NCBI GenBank assembly: GCA_965178125.1
Contig: OZ237774.1
Location: forward strand, 434,001 to 498,000
Length of the DNA stretch: 64,000 bases
Direction: 5' to 3'
DNA from: Bilabrum cf. latius
Lineage: Eukaryota
The notes under the pieces were generated by a model. It was given only the letters and a program-made list of their open reading frames with translations, did no database searches and was not told where the DNA came from. Shown piece by piece: positions 62,401 to 64,000 of the stretch (position 1 is the stretch's first letter; each line of letters opens with the position of its first letter). The position numbers and the translations under genes were made by a program.

Positions 62401-64000
62401 TGGGGGCGCTGGCCACCCCCTAGGGGATGGTGGGGGACCCCCGCATGGGGGGCCCGGGGCTGAGGGTAGTGGGGGGGGGTGCGTCGGGCGCGGGAGGTGG
62501 GGGCACTGGAAGCGGCTCCTCTCTAGGCAGCGGGGGCCTGCTGGCGTGCATCGCCGGCGCCTTTGCCGAGGGCACGTGGGCCTATGACGGGGGGCAGGGG
62601 CTGGCGGGGGGCCTGGCGGGCACTTCCGGTTTGGCGTCGCTGTCGGGCCGGGAGGGGTGGTGGACGGGCCCCCGGGGGTCGGGCCGCATCCAGAGGGGGG
62701 AGTTCCTCGCGGGGGGTGGGCCTAAGGCCGCCAAGGAGAGGAGGGAGGAGCTGGACAGGGGCAGGGAGCAGCGAGGGAACAAGGGGTGCAGGCTACCCTC
62801 TTGGGTGCTGGGCATGCGGGCCGTCTGGTGGGGACCTCTGGCATCCTCGTCTTCCTCTTCAGCGGCGGGGGGCTCCTCGGCTGCCCTGTCAGTGGGGGCG
62901 GCCGGCCCCCCGGGGCTGCTGCCCGCCGGTGCCGTGCTGCGGAGGGTCCGGGGGGGTTAGGGCGGCAGGGGGCGGTGGGTCGGTGTGACGAGTGCGGGGT
63001 CTGTGGGGCCCAGTGCGCGCCGGCACCTTTTGGGCTCAGGGGCCTCGGGTGCTTCTGGCCCCCAGCGGTGCATGGGTGCGTGCAGCCTGGGATCGTTCGG
63101 TAGGAAGGCGGTGTGGGTGATGGACGATCTGGAGGTGCAGGGAGGAGGAGGACGATATAGGGGTGTGACGAGTGAAGGGGGTGTGACGAGCGGTGGTCTT
63201 GGTCTCCTCGAAGGAGCCCTGGGCGCGTCCATCCGATCCGGGGTGCACCTGGGCCGGCTGGGCCTGCTGATGGCGGACCGAGCGCAGGCTGGGGAGAGCA
63301 GGGGGGTGCATGAGAGAGCGAGGCAGCTGGGGGTGGGGGTGGCCAAAGCGGCGCTGGCGTGGCTCTTGGGGCCTGAGGGCGGGTCCGCTGCCGAGGAGAA
63401 GAAGGAGAAGGAGAAGGAGAAGCACAACGGCTGGAACCTGTCGGGTGCTGGCCGTGGGCCCGCTGTGGGGTGGAAAGGGGCTGCCCAGGGTGCCAGGGGG
63501 CGGGGTCCTCACGGCCATGGGGGAACTGGGAGGGAAGGTGCTGGTGCCGGTGCTGGTGCAGCTGCCAGTCGCCGCCTGCTTCCCTCGGATAGTGTGACGA
63601 GCGCGGAGATGTTCCTGGTGCGGGCGCAGGCCAGCGGGTGCGGGCTGGATGCCGCGCTGGGGCAGGTGGCCGCGGCGCAGGACGCGAGGAAGGGCGGTGT
63701 GACGAGTGGATCCAAGGGGGGCAAAGGCAAAGGCAAAGGCAAGGGGCAGGGAGCAGCGCCGGGCCCCAAGGTCAGTGACGGGCAAAAGCAGCAGCAGGCG
63801 CAGGATCCGATCCAGGCGATCGAGGCCGCTTTGGCCAGGGCCTGCGCCACCGCCCGAGTGACCCCCGGTGACCTGGGCAAAGCCGTGGGCATGATGCTCT
63901 GGAGGCAGTGCGCCGCCGAGGTCGCCGACAGGTTCGATGCCCCGGCCAGCACGCGGCGGGTCGTGGCCGCGCTCCTGGGCCAGGGAACACAGGCGTCCAG
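56412..64000 (+). CDS. SWR1: SWR1/SRCAP/PIE1 SNF2-family chromatin remodeler, 3' partial
   Basis: Single frame interrupted only by TAGs. HSA HWDFVLKEGGWMAEDF, NGILADEMGLGKT, LDEAH, LLLTGTPLQN, MQLRKVCNHPDLF. Confidence 0.9.
56454..60162 (+). repeat. About 200-bp near-identical intragenic duplication (about 56454-56650 and 59966-60162); partial third copy near 60515-60570
   Basis: Both copies encode DADALLTSAEAQDDEATLEEEERHG...PLEQLMAMYAMQRGDDEEK. Confidence 0.9.

Noticed and set aside
12350-63990. Numerous long antisense/alternate-frame ORFs in the track (e.g. 19877..21112+, 48228..49760+, 52901..54232+, 58847..60136-)
   Set aside because: Shadows of real GC-rich genes on the opposite strand; no domain motifs.

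Overview
Eukaryotic (protist-type) genomic DNA that reads UAG as glutamine while UAA and UGA remain stops (translation-table-15-like). The supplied ORF track therefore fragments nearly every real gene. Bases 1 to ~11.87 kb are the AT-rich right part of an endogenous virophage. It carries a + strand structural block: penton, double-jelly-roll major capsid protein, a P-loop protein, a permuted papain-like protein, a basic core-like protein and a Zn finger. This block converges on a - strand block: a compact B-family polymerase with an OTU-like N-terminal domain, an SF3 helicase and an rve integrase with a chromodomain. A repeat/hairpin-rich terminal region follows. The viral genes are full of in-frame TAG=Gln codons, so the virus uses its host's variant code. 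The rest is GC-rich host DNA, with GTGAG...GCAG introns in several genes. Host genes include a sialidase, copine-like vWA protein, phosphonatase, amino-acid permease, mitochondrial ABCB half-transporter, PiT phosphate transporter, p47/SEP protein, DHDPS, INTS3-like protein, multi-pass membrane protein, PH-domain protein and the 5' part of a SWR1/SRCAP remodeler. Host DNA, but not the virus, is peppered with dozens of copies of GTGTGACGAGTG and other short motifs, in both orientations and inside coding exons. All family calls are by manual translation and motif recognition; no database search was run.
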